64,000 nucleotides of DNA from Candidatus Poribacteria bacterium (GTDB lineage Bacteria; Poribacteria; WGA-4E; WGA-3G): contig CBDBFU010000033.1 of assembly GCA_965205025.1 (NCBI GenBank), forward strand, positions 45,674 to 109,673, in the 5' to 3' direction. Below, in pieces: positions 1 through 9,540 of the stretch. The position numbers were made by a program, and so were the translations under genes. The notes below the pieces were generated by a model that worked only from the letters and a program-made list of their open reading frames with translations, searched no databases and was not told the origin of the DNA. The stretch's first letter is position 1; every line of letters starts with the position of its first letter.

Positions 1-2
1 GT

Positions 3-479
3 AAGTTAGGACCGAAAAGACAGGAAGGTGATTTACAGATACCAGAAGGATTTTATTATATTGACCGATTTAATCCTAATAGCAATTTCTTTTTGTCACT
101 TGGCATCAATTATCCTAACAAATCAGATAAAATATTAGGTGTAAAAAGCAAATTAGGCGGAGATATCTTTATACATGGCGGGTGTGCTACTATTGGATGT
201 ATTCCTATAACAGACGATAAGATTATGGAAGTATATTGGTTAGCAATCCAAGCCAAGTCGAATGGTCAAGAGAAAATACCAGTCCACATTTTCCCTTCAA
301 AATTGGACAATTTATCACTGAATCGTCTCAAGAATAGTATTGGGAATGATGATGGGTTAATCCAATTCTGGTCTAATCTGAAGATTGGGTATGATTGGTT
401 TGTTGAACATGGAAATATACCTGAAATTACAGTAGATAAACAAGGGATTTACCATTTTTCGGAAGGACAGATTCCTTAG
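3..479 (+). CDS. Murein L,D-transpeptidase, YafK/DpaA-like (5' truncated by window edge)
   Basis: The frame is open from the window start (KLGPKRQEGDLQIPEGFYYIDRFNPNSNFFLSLGINYPN). It carries the YkuD-type catalytic motif IFIHGGCATIGC. Confidence 0.85.
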   Translation, partial: KLGPKRQEGDLQIPEGFYYIDRFNPNSNFFLSLGINYPNKSDKILGVKSKLGGDIFIHGGCATIGCIPITDDKIMEVYWLAIQAKSNGQEKIPVHIFPSKLDNLSLNRLKNSIGNDDGLIQFWSNLKIGYDWFVEHGNIPEITVDKQGIYHFSEGQIP

Positions 480-568
480 CATGACGTGAGTTCATGATTT
501 ATATCGGATGCGTATACCCCTCCTACAAAGATAAAAATTGGGATTCAAATCTCCTCATATAAAGAAGT

Positions 569-807
569 TATACCATATTTAGTAATTAAATCTCATTAGC
601 ATCTTTAATGTAGCACAAACTTCATGAAGATTAAAATAATAATTCGGTAATGTGTTAGAAATTCGGTTCGGTTAGGAAACCGAACCTACCGAGTTTGGGA
701 AAATGGGAATTACCGAATTTAAAACTTAATCCTCATCCAGTTTGTGTAGTATCTCAAGACATAAATATCACCCAATCATGGGAGAATCATTAATTGAAAT
801 GGTATTA
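569..807. mobile_element. MITE family A (TA-flanked, TACCAT...ATGGTAT ends), here containing MITE B
   Basis: Ends are TATACCAT and ATGGTATTA, with an internal GTAGCACAAACTT/CCAGTTTGTG REP. Uninterrupted relatives lie at 9951-10080, 27241-27357 and ~28372-28485. TA flanks resemble IS630-type MITEs (inference). Confidence 0.7.
624..736. mobile_element. MITE family B (ATGAAGATTAA...TTAATC(T/C)TCAT) inserted in a REP loop
   Basis: Terminal IR, inner IR TTCGGTAA/TTACCGAA and a central GTAGGTTCGGTTTCCTAACCGAAC REP (minus strand). The empty site at 9997-10020 lacks it. Confidence 0.75.
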
Positions 808-839
808 GAATTGATCCATTTATAATTATACCTTGGTTT

Positions 840-3800
840 TTATCTCACTACTTGAATAGTTCCTGTACCTGCCACAGCGGATTTGCTGGGATCATACATA
901 GCCTCAGCGGAAATAGGTGGTAATGTAAAACTACCTTCGGTTACTGCCCTTAGCGTATAATAGAATTTCTGTTCGTTATCTTTAGGAAATGATCCAAAGA
1001 GAATCAGCCTATCATCACGGATATCAATGTTATTTGGTCTGAAGGATTGTTGATGGAGAATTGACCTACTATCTCTTGTTTTGAGTCGAGGGTTTTCTAT
1101 TTCAAATCCTGATGGTAACATATCAACAACCACAACATTATGAAGATCCTTAGACAATGATTTTACACTGATTTCTGTGATTAGCAGTTCTCCCTGTTGA
1201 AATACTTTCTTAACACGAGATTGATCCTGTGTTAAATATCGTCTATTGATAACTATTTCATTACCATATTCCTCAATATATGAATCACGACCGATTCCAA
1301 AGGCTTCCCAATAGTAATAACATGTACCATTCCCTTGTATATTGATCTTAAAATGTGAACCGTCCCAATCTGAATTTATAAGTTGCTTACCCATAGAATC
1401 AAAACGAACGACATGATCTGTATCTCGAACAATTTCACCAGAGAATTTCTGCTGAGGTAGTTTATTTAAATATTTACCAAGTGCAAGAAATGCATAGGCA
1501 TTCTCTTGTGTTGTTCCCCATCTTTGTCTATTTGAAGCTGAATCTGTAAGACTTTCGACCAAATGTGGAATCAACGGATGGTCATCCTTTATCTCCATTA
1601 ACATATCTAAAATAATTGCATACGATCTAACACTTGAATCGAAATTCCAACCCGTATCTCGATATTCTGTTTTCTCAATATCGACTTTATCAGGTAAGAG
1701 TGATAGTGCAATCTGTTTATTTCCACTATGTGCAAAAGCCCCAGCCAGTTGAAAAATACTATAATCATTAAGATCCTTTATACGGTTATTTCTGAGATGG
1801 AACATAACCTGTTTTTCTGCTTGTCCTGCTTTACTTAATACATAACAGGCATAAACTACTTGTGGTAATCTATATTTATCAGGTTGTCTGTTCTCGTTGT
1901 AATTTGGAATTAATTCTTGTCTGACTTGTCTCCGTAACCCTTCAATCATTCTGTTATATGTGTAATCTGAAACTTGGTAACCTGCTATTCTTGCTTCAAC
2001 GAGATAATGTGCAGCATAGATACTGCTCCAGGTGTGTGTATAAGATCCGCGTTGCCAATATGAGAACATCAGATTATTTCCTAACATTTTTTCAAGTTTT
2101 TCAATTCCTACCTCAATATATTCTTTGATTTTACCCTCTTCTGCTAATGTTGGTTCAACTATACGCGCTAAATCAGTGAGGTATAGTAATGGAAATACAC
2201 GGCTTGTTGTTTGTTCAAGACACCCGTAAGGATATTGGATAAGGTATCGAAGTCCGTTTGCAAAACGTAATGAAGGGAGTGGAGATAGCGTAACCAAAAA
2301 CTCAGAAGTATCCGATCGTAAGTTCGATGGTAGTATGAATTCTGCAGGTTCATTCACGCTAACAATTCCTTGTCCAGTCTTAGTAATGTATGGTGCAGGT
2401 GACCTGATTGGAATACTGATAGGTGCTGACTTAATCTCATCTCCACCTCCAGTAATAGATAGATTAAAATCCGAAATACCAACTGCATCATGAGCGATTA
2501 CATCAAAATACACCTGTCCTTCGGTATCTGATTCAACACTCAACTGTTTTTCAAGTGAATCATCATCAATAACCATAGTCTGATGTAGATTACTATTACC
2601 AGACAATAGTTTTACTGGACCAGAGACTTGTAATTTTACCTTGAAATCAGCTGAATTGGTATTGCCATTATACACGGTAACAGGAACGCGTATACGATCA
2701 CCACTTGAAAGAAAACGAGGGAATGTTGGTGTCATGACTACTGGATCGCGCACTTGAATCATACTGGTTGCCGAACCGAAGTCTTTTCCTGCGAATGCAA
2801 CTGCCATCAGACGAAGTGTTCCATTGAATTGTGGAATATCTATACGGATATTCCCATTGCCATCTTTATCTGTTCTTATCAATCCAGACCAGAGTGATAT
2901 GGGTTTGACTCGTAGAACAGAGTCAGTGTTAACTCTTCTACCCCTACTCAACCTACGCTGTTGAACAGAACTTCTTACACTTTTTGCTGCAGGCATTGGA
3001 GATCCAATTGTATCCAATGCTACTGCTTGAGCATAAGCAATTTCGTCTTTGAAATAGGCAACTGAATCTAAACCTAATATATCCGCAAGAGATTGAATAG
3101 GTGTAATAGGAAATTGTTTATCCCGTGTAATTGCTGTATAAAATTCAAAGGATAGTGTATCTAATCTTCTCTTCTGATAGAAATATGAGTGTGGATCTGG
3201 TGTATTCATACCAGTTAGTTGAATTATACCTTCATCAACAGCTGCGACTGTTACCATATATGATTGTTCTTTTTTCTTTCCATTAACTTTAACCTTTATA
3301 TTGATATCTGAATTCGGTCGAACCTGTTCAGGAGCATCTATAGCAACATTTAAGTGATTAAGTTCGGCATTAATTTTTAATGGTAATATTCCATAAGCCC
3401 GTGCAGGAACATCCTTCTTCAATGTTGTAGTGGATCTAATTAGTATTGCAGAAATATACACATTCGGAGAATATAATTCCTCTACAGGGATTGTCAATGT
3501 CTCAGTCGTGTTTTTCAAGGTAATAGTCTGGTAACTCAACACTTTGTCACGTTCGATTGTTAGTAATACTTTCCCTTGGAATGGTGGTTTTATAGTTAGT
3601 TTCGCTTCTTCACCTGGTAGGTATGAGGGTTTATCAAGGGACATATCAAGTTTATCAGCATTTTCGATAGACCAAGGCACACCACCCCATTCCGAAACAT
3701 AAAATTGCATTGAAGTTTTTGCTTTACTCTTAAGATCCTCAATCTCTACCAAATGAACCCCAAAAGCAACAGGAATAAAATCAAACGTACCTGGTTTTTC

Positions 3801-6335
3801 AAGCGATGTTAGAGTTCTTGTTTCTATTTTCGTATAAGATGGAGATTCTTGTCCTCGCCTGTTGTGTGAATCAATAGATGATACTGTCATCTTTACCGGA
3901 TGTCCACTCGTGACCATTCCATCTGTATCTAATACGATGTATTCAAAACTAACCTTCTCATTTAATTTAACTGTTCCTTCCACAGGTCGTCTAATACCAA
4001 TATAGTGTGTATAGGGATGGACAAGAACTGAGTCAGAAGTAGAAACGGCACGTCCACCAAGATCTTGTACAGATATATGTATATCACAGTTAAGGGCAGC
4101 AGGTGGTTTTAATTCCTTTGGGAGTTTGAAAGCATAATTTACATTGCCATGTGCATCGGTCACTGTATCATTTAGTTGTATGGTGTTCCTTTCAAATGTG
4201 CGTGAATTATCAGCAAACTTATATGAATTCCATTTCTCCGGTGGTATAAATTGAATTGGTGAAAGGAAATATAAAGCGTATACTGATCTACCAACAGCAG
4301 GAGTGCCATATAGGTTTGCTGCATTTATATCAAAATTTACCTCATCCCCTACAGTATAAGTAGCTTTTTCAACATTAAGATCTATTTTCATTCTGTCTGG
4401 AATGAATTCTTCTACTTGAAAAGATACAGCACCTATCTGATTCTTCCCAATTAACATTTTGGCGTTGTACCATCCAGTTAGAGAAACATCCGCTATAGGA
4501 ATTTCAATTTCACATTCCCCTTCACTACCAGTTTTTACTTCTATTTCTTTTACAATATTCCCCGTTGGATTAACTATGTTAAGCTGTAATGGAAGCTGAT
4601 TTGGTGGAATGGTTTTTTCTCCTCGAACAATACCTACAAGATTCACTGTTTCTCCTGGTCGATATACACCTCGATCAGTATAGAGAAATGCCTCATAGTC
4701 ATCAACTAAATATGGAATACCATCAATGTCGAATCTGTTGGTGGATAATTTCTCTCGTTGCAACTGGAGTAATGAAAAGTCATTATCCTTCTTGACTGTA
4801 ATAAGAAATTCGGGATTATCTTTAAATTCATCTGTATCTATACGAAATTTGGCAAATCCATTCTTATCAGTTTTGTCAGAATACAGTATGTTCATTCTCT
4901 TATTATTTAGTATCTGTACATCTGCTTTCGAAATTGGATTTAATGAATCGAGAGAATTTACCCACACCCACATTTCATTTTTTATTACCTTTGCAACTAT
5001 CCCAAGATCTGTGATGACTAAAAGTCGTTCAGCATACCCAACTCTACCTTGATTTGAATAGATAATTATTTTAAAAATCCCGCCATGATTTTCTGTCAGA
5101 AATTCCCCTAATGGCAACTCGGTGATGACTTCTTCATTATCTATAGAAGCGATTTCGATCTCACCTTTATGAATTAGTTCAGGAAGGCTGGATAGATGTA
5201 GTTTTGCAATTCCATATTCAAACTTATCTATATTCGTGGTAGCAATTCCAAGATCTAAAGAACCCTTAAGTGGTATGAAGTATGTATCATCAATAAATCG
5301 TATTCTTGGATTAAGGTTCGGAACTTTTAATCTCGCAATATACGTATCTCTTAATATAGTACGGTCTATTGAGGACATACCATGTTTTATATTAAGTGTA
5401 TATTGTGTGCCAAATTCAAAATCACCTCGAAGTTCATATTGACTTCCACTACCAACCAATTGAAAAGGTATTGAAGGTGTTAGGCTTACATTTTCTTTTA
5501 ATATATCATGGTGAATTTGTGAACTGAATCTTAGTTGAATGTAAGGATATCCATCTCTTTGTAGAAATTGACTATCATTAACATGTAGGGGTATAATTTC
5601 TTCTAAGTTGATTGGTGCATAAATTGTTTCACTCAGCCCTATTTCAGTCTGATTGGACCTAAATCCCTTGTTAATCTTTACCTGAAGTAATCCACTCTCT
5701 AATATCGGTACAATACTATTCAACTCCAATAAAACCGTATCTGTAATCTGGCTTTGTTCTTGAAACTTATAATCAATAGTGCTTCCCTTGCTTGTAATTA
5801 TAGACAGATATTCTCCCAATGCATCAAGATTGATAACATAATTAAATGAGATTATTCCAACTACCTTTATCTGTGTTTCTTCATCAGATTGAATTTTAAT
5901 CTGTGCACTATCAACCATAAATGGGGTAGAAGTATATTTGAATTTGCTCTGACCAATTAAATTATGTTTGATCTCAGGTATGAATTTCGGTAGAAATGTA
6001 AAAGTATAATCAACAGATGGGGATAGTGTGTTATCTAAATAGATACCAATTTGGTTCTTTGCTACCCAACGTGCAGTTAATTGCATTGATGGAGTTATCT
6101 CTAAAGATTTCGTTGGTATTTCAGTATATAACTTATCATCTTCTATTACATTCTTGGATAGTCTTAACAGGAAATCTGCTATTCCACCATTTTCCTCTTT
6201 AGATTGTAGTGATACAACACTAAATTCTGTATCTCCTTCCTCTTTTGCAAGTACAGTAGTGATTGATAGGATAAGGGTTGATATGATAATGATTCCTATG
6301 ATTTGAAGTTTCTTATTTTGTGTTATTTTATTCAT
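840..6335 (-). CDS. Bacterial alpha-2-macroglobulin family protein
   Basis: Thioester motif YPYGCLEQTTS, MG2 motif FLYTDRGVYRPGETV, AAVDEG and a C-terminal DIRDDR/AEAMYDP. Start moved to ATG 6335, which has a GGAGA RBS and a signal peptide. The ORF-track extension runs into a MITE. Confidence 0.95.
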   Translation of the reverse strand: MNKITQNKKLQIIGIIIISTLILSITTVLAKEEGDTEFSVVSLQSKEENGGIADFLLRLSKNVIEDDKLYTEIPTKSLEITPSMQLTARWVAKNQIGIYLDNTLSPSVDYTFTFLPKFIPEIKHNLIGQSKFKYTSTPFMVDSAQIKIQSDEETQIKVVGIISFNYVINLDALGEYLSIITSKGSTIDYKFQEQSQITDTVLLELNSIVPILESGLLQVKINKGFRSNQTEIGLSETIYAPINLEEIIPLHVNDSQFLQRDGYPYIQLRFSSQIHHDILKENVSLTPSIPFQLVGSGSQYELRGDFEFGTQYTLNIKHGMSSIDRTILRDTYIARLKVPNLNPRIRFIDDTYFIPLKGSLDLGIATTNIDKFEYGIAKLHLSSLPELIHKGEIEIASIDNEEVITELPLGEFLTENHGGIFKIIIYSNQGRVGYAERLLVITDLGIVAKVIKNEMWVWVNSLDSLNPISKADVQILNNKRMNILYSDKTDKNGFAKFRIDTDEFKDNPEFLITVKKDNDFSLLQLQREKLSTNRFDIDGIPYLVDDYEAFLYTDRGVYRPGETVNLVGIVRGEKTIPPNQLPLQLNIVNPTGNIVKEIEVKTGSEGECEIEIPIADVSLTGWYNAKMLIGKNQIGAVSFQVEEFIPDRMKIDLNVEKATYTVGDEVNFDINAANLYGTPAVGRSVYALYFLSPIQFIPPEKWNSYKFADNSRTFERNTIQLNDTVTDAHGNVNYAFKLPKELKPPAALNCDIHISVQDLGGRAVSTSDSVLVHPYTHYIGIRRPVEGTVKLNEKVSFEYIVLDTDGMVTSGHPVKMTVSSIDSHNRRGQESPSYTKIETRTLTSLEKPGTFDFIPVAFGVHLVEIEDLKSKAKTSMQFYVSEWGGVPWSIENADKLDMSLDKPSYLPGEEAKLTIKPPFQGKVLLTIERDKVLSYQTITLKNTTETLTIPVEELYSPNVYISAILIRSTTTLKKDVPARAYGILPLKINAELNHLNVAIDAPEQVRPNSDINIKVKVNGKKKEQSYMVTVAAVDEGIIQLTGMNTPDPHSYFYQKRRLDTLSFEFYTAITRDKQFPITPIQSLADILGLDSVAYFKDEIAYAQAVALDTIGSPMPAAKSVRSSVQQRRLSRGRRVNTDSVLRVKPISLWSGLIRTDKDGNGNIRIDIPQFNGTLRLMAVAFAGKDFGSATSMIQVRDPVVMTPTFPRFLSSGDRIRVPVTVYNGNTNSADFKVKLQVSGPVKLLSGNSNLHQTMVIDDDSLEKQLSVESDTEGQVYFDVIAHDAVGISDFNLSITGGGDEIKSAPISIPIRSPAPYITKTGQGIVSVNEPAEFILPSNLRSDTSEFLVTLSPLPSLRFANGLRYLIQYPYGCLEQTTSRVFPLLYLTDLARIVEPTLAEEGKIKEYIEVGIEKLEKMLGNNLMFSYWQRGSYTHTWSSIYAAHYLVEARIAGYQVSDYTYNRMIEGLRRQVRQELIPNYNENRQPDKYRLPQVVYACYVLSKAGQAEKQVMFHLRNNRIKDLNDYSIFQLAGAFAHSGNKQIALSLLPDKVDIEKTEYRDTGWNFDSSVRSYAIILDMLMEIKDDHPLIPHLVESLTDSASNRQRWGTTQENAYAFLALGKYLNKLPQQKFSGEIVRDTDHVVRFDSMGKQLINSDWDGSHFKINIQGNGTCYYYWEAFGIGRDSYIEEYGNEIVINRRYLTQDQSRVKKVFQQGELLITEISVKSLSKDLHNVVVVDMLPSGFEIENPRLKTRDSRSILHQQSFRPNNIDIRDDRLILFGSFPKDNEQKFYYTLRAVTEGSFTLPPISAEAMYDPSKSAVAGTGTIQVVR

Positions 6336-6360
6336 TTGTCTATCTCCAATATATATTATA

Positions 6361-6502
6361 ACGTGAGTTTGATAAGACACACTGTAACCTGATCTTTTGG
6401 TTATCACCAGAGTGCACAAACTGGAAAGTTTGTGCTACAAAGACTATCTTCAGGACAAAATTCTGTTTACCGAACTGACATTTTTTATTATCAAACTGAC
6501 GT
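6361..6502. mobile_element. MITE family D, 142 bp
   Basis: TIR ACGTGAGTTTGATAA / TTATCAAACTGACGT with a 7-bp flanking direct repeat TATTATA. A near-identical inverted copy lies at 18380-18521. Confidence 0.8.
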
Positions 6503-6551
6503 TATTATATGAGTATGGTGGTTTAACTATTAGAATATTATATGGAAATTT

Positions 6552-6566
6552 GCAAATAAAATGCCA
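6552..6566 (-). promoter_or_regulatory. Sigma54-like -24/-12 motif facing the alpha-2-macroglobulin gene
   Basis: Minus-strand TGGCATTTTATTTGC has GG-N10-GC spacing. Confidence 0.4.
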
Positions 6567-6789
6567 ATTCATTTGAATTCATACCGTTGATTTATGGCAT
6601 TCATACCGTTGATTCCTTGATTTGGTAGGGACGGAATGTTTATGGCAAAAGTGTATATCCCTATGGTCACTTCCTCAGAAATGGTAGTATGTCTTGCACG
6701 TTTCTGTGCATATTGTTAATCAATGCCCTATTATGTGCATCTGAATCGACCTAACATCCCATTATCATAGGTTTTTTAAGGTTTGAAAT

Positions 6790-6804
6790 TGGCATATTAA
6801 TTGC
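6790..6804 (+). promoter_or_regulatory. Sigma54-like -24/-12 motif upstream of ORF 6864
   Basis: TGGCATATTAATTGC has GG-N10-GC spacing and lies 60 nt before the ATG. Confidence 0.45.
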
Positions 6805-6863
6805 TAAATATAGAATAATCAATTCGCCATAAAGTAAATCTTTTCAAAATCCATACCAATACA

Positions 6864-7739
6864 ATGTCACACAAAATCAATCTACCAACAATATCCATTG
6901 GTTCATACCGTGTCACACGCCTAATTATTGGTGGCAATCCGTATAGCGGAATTTCTCATAGTACTCCTGCTGCCTCCAAAGCAATGGAGGATTATTATAC
7001 CACGCAACAGATAATTGAGGATCTAAAACAAGCCGAAGTTAATGGCATTAATACAGTTCTTGCCAGAGCGGATAGGCACATTATGCGGACACTGAATGAA
7101 TACTGGAATAGTGGTGGTACAATACAGTGGATAGCACAGACCCCAAAAGCAAAAGAATATAATGACCTTAGCACATATTTAGACTTAATCGCTCAATATA
7201 AACCGATTGCTATTTATCACCATGGTGGAACAACTGACGAACTCTATATTGAAGGTAAACTTGATTCACTACATGAGAGTATGAAACAGATTCGTGACCT
7301 TGGTTGTGCTGTAGGTATTGGAACCCATGATCCCCTGATACTGAAATACTGTTATTCAGAAGGTTTTGATGTTGACTTTTACGTCTGTGCCCTATATAAT
7401 CATACACGTCACCGAGAGATGTATCTTGAAGATGACAGAGAAATTGCTGTAGCAACGATTCAAGCAATTCCATTACCCATCATTGCAATAAAAGTATTGG
7501 CAGCTGGTAGAAATGAACCTATTACTGCTTTCCAATACGCATTATCTAATATCAAACCGATAGATGCGATGGCAGTAGGAATGTATACAAAATTTCAACC
7601 GGATCAAATACATCAAAACGCACTGACTATTGCTAAACTTACCGAGGAATCTGAGAATGGAGCGGATTGTAGAACCAGAAGTAATGGATACCCCCGAGGC
7701 TGCAGCCGCTTACGACGCGATGGAGCATGGGGAGGTTGA
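6864..7739 (+). CDS. Aldo/keto-reductase-like TIM-barrel protein (uncharacterised)
   Basis: N-terminal VTRLIIGGNP and IAIKVLAAGR resemble AKR-fold proteins. The last ~28 aa overlap the next gene, so the 3' end is uncertain. Confidence 0.55.
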   Translation: MSHKINLPTISIGSYRVTRLIIGGNPYSGISHSTPAASKAMEDYYTTQQIIEDLKQAEVNGINTVLARADRHIMRTLNEYWNSGGTIQWIAQTPKAKEYNDLSTYLDLIAQYKPIAIYHHGGTTDELYIEGKLDSLHESMKQIRDLGCAVGIGTHDPLILKYCYSEGFDVDFYVCALYNHTRHREMYLEDDREIAVATIQAIPLPIIAIKVLAAGRNEPITAFQYALSNIKPIDAMAVGMYTKFQPDQIHQNALTIAKLTEESENGADCRTRSNGYPRGCSRLRRDGAWGG

Positions 7740-8319
7740 TCAAGCATTTGTTGATCGTGTCATTGCCCTCGGTGCATCTACTGGTCATTTTCTTGATGTC
7801 GGTACCGGTCCAGCACAAATTCCTATCCTACTTGCCCAAACCTGTCCAAACATTCAAATAACAGCCATAGACTTATCTGAAGAGATGTTGAAAATCGCCG
7901 AACAGCATGTTATTGATGCTTGTTTGCGTGATCGGATTACCCTTCAACTTGTTGACGCTAAAGAATTGCCGTTCCCTGATAAATCATTTGATGGGGTGAT
8001 CTCAAATAGTATCGTTCACCATATACACGATGCATTGAAAGCTTTAATTGATATGGGTAGAGTTGTCAAACCGACAGGTTTGGTGTTAATACGAGATCTA
8101 ATTCGTCCTGAAACTAATGCAGATGCACAAGGATTTGTTGATAAATATGCTGCAGATGATACACCTTACCAACAGAAACTATATTACGATTCCTTCCTTG
8201 CTTCCTTTACAATTGCTGAAGTTAATGAGATGCTGATTCAGATGGATATACCCGGTGCTGCTGTTGTGCAAAGCACTGATCGACATTGGTCTATAGAAAG
8301 AGAATTTATCAGAGAATAG
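7657..8319 (+). CDS. Class I SAM-dependent methyltransferase
   Basis: Motif I FLDVGTGPA, IDLS, DAKELPFPDKSFDGVISNSIVHH. ATG 7657 follows GAGGA. Confidence 0.9.
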   Translation: MERIVEPEVMDTPEAAAAYDAMEHGEVDQAFVDRVIALGASTGHFLDVGTGPAQIPILLAQTCPNIQITAIDLSEEMLKIAEQHVIDACLRDRITLQLVDAKELPFPDKSFDGVISNSIVHHIHDALKALIDMGRVVKPTGLVLIRDLIRPETNADAQGFVDKYAADDTPYQQKLYYDSFLASFTIAEVNEMLIQMDIPGAAVVQSTDRHWSIEREFIRE

Positions 8320-8353
8320 AGATATGTAAATAAATTAAACCCAGAGGTGTTTC

Positions 8354-9475
8354 ATGAAGCGTCTATATGTAATAATGTTGATTAGCCTTATTAGTCTATG
8401 CTCGGTTGTCACAGCACAAGCACCGCAAACGATAGCCGAGCAGCTGCTTGCTGCGACTGTCTATTTAGAAATGCGAGATAAGCAAGGTCGTCAGTCACAT
8501 GGGAGTGGTTTTTTCATAGACGATGGTCTGGTGGCGACCAACTACCACGTCATTCAAAAAGCCAAAACTGCATCTGCACAGTTAGTGAACCAATCCGAAA
8601 GTTTTGAAGTACAGGGTACCGTGGCAGTAGATCCAATGCGGGATTTAGCAATACTGAAAGTGGATAATCTTAGTGTACGTCCACTTGTGCTTGGTAATAG
8701 TGAAGCGGTACGAATCGGGGACCCTATCTACACAGTCGGTAATCCGCGCGGGATACAAGGTACATTCAGTGAAGGACGTATCAGCAACATACTACCCGCA
8801 GGTACACCCCAGAATCCTGACAAAATGATACAGTTTACTGCCGCCATTTCTCGCGGTAGCAGTGGTGGTGCTGTCGTCAATGAAAATGTGGAAGTAATCG
8901 CTATTGTCTCCGAAACACGCGGAGATGGACAAAACCTAAACTTCGCTGTCCCTGTTAACGCACTGCAAAGGTTGTTAAATAACGCAGGTGATGTAACCCC
9001 GTTGTCCGTAGACACACAAGACAGACAACCACATGCACATGTAAAACCAAAGAAAGTGGACATCATATATTTTGTCGTGTTGAGTGTTGTAGCGTTCCTG
9101 GCACTACACTTCTTACCGAGTGTCAAAGTCGAAAAAATAACAATCACTATCGGTGTCGCTGGGGTGATAGGTTTGCTGATGATGATAGCAAAAAGCATCA
9201 TACCAACACTCCTGTCTGTTCCCATGTATGACCTATTTAATGCACCAATGTCTGAACAGGGACTCTGGCATATGATAGATTGTCTGGATTGTATACCTAT
9301 TTTGGTAGGAAAAATAACCGCGCTGCTTTGCTACTTCGGTGCCATGTGCCTTATCATCGGGAGCACAAATAAAATACAAGGGATCAATATCGAAGGCTTC
9401 TTCAATACTTGTTGGGTTGCGTTGCTTGTTGTAATAGGTCAGAAAATGATTTATTGGATATTGCCCTGGATATAA
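8354..9475 (+). CDS. Secreted S1C (trypsin-like) serine protease with a C-terminal multi-TM domain
   Basis: Signal peptide and catalytic triad segments ATNYHV, DLAIL and ISRGSSGG. The last ~140 aa are hydrophobic with about 4 TM segments. Confidence 0.85.
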   Translation: MKRLYVIMLISLISLCSVVTAQAPQTIAEQLLAATVYLEMRDKQGRQSHGSGFFIDDGLVATNYHVIQKAKTASAQLVNQSESFEVQGTVAVDPMRDLAILKVDNLSVRPLVLGNSEAVRIGDPIYTVGNPRGIQGTFSEGRISNILPAGTPQNPDKMIQFTAAISRGSSGGAVVNENVEVIAIVSETRGDGQNLNFAVPVNALQRLLNNAGDVTPLSVDTQDRQPHAHVKPKKVDIIYFVVLSVVAFLALHFLPSVKVEKITITIGVAGVIGLLMMIAKSIIPTLLSVPMYDLFNAPMSEQGLWHMIDCLDCIPILVGKITALLCYFGAMCLIIGSTNKIQGINIEGFFNTCWVALLVVIGQKMIYWILPWI

Positions 9476-9540
9476 GAAAAGCAAGACAGATGGTGACAGT
9501 CAATGAACGTCATAAAGATAAGTCTGCTGAGTGAAAAATA

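Noticed and set aside
6336-6419. N-terminal extensions of A2M (to 6419) and HsdM (from 20563) in the ORF track
   Set aside because: They run through a MITE or promoter DNA. Better RBS-linked starts exist at 6335 and 20671.
7657-7739. 83-nt overlap of the AKR-like ORF with the methyltransferase as a functional overlapping gene
   Set aside because: The tail is atypical in composition. A lost stop or an indel near 7650 is the simpler explanation.
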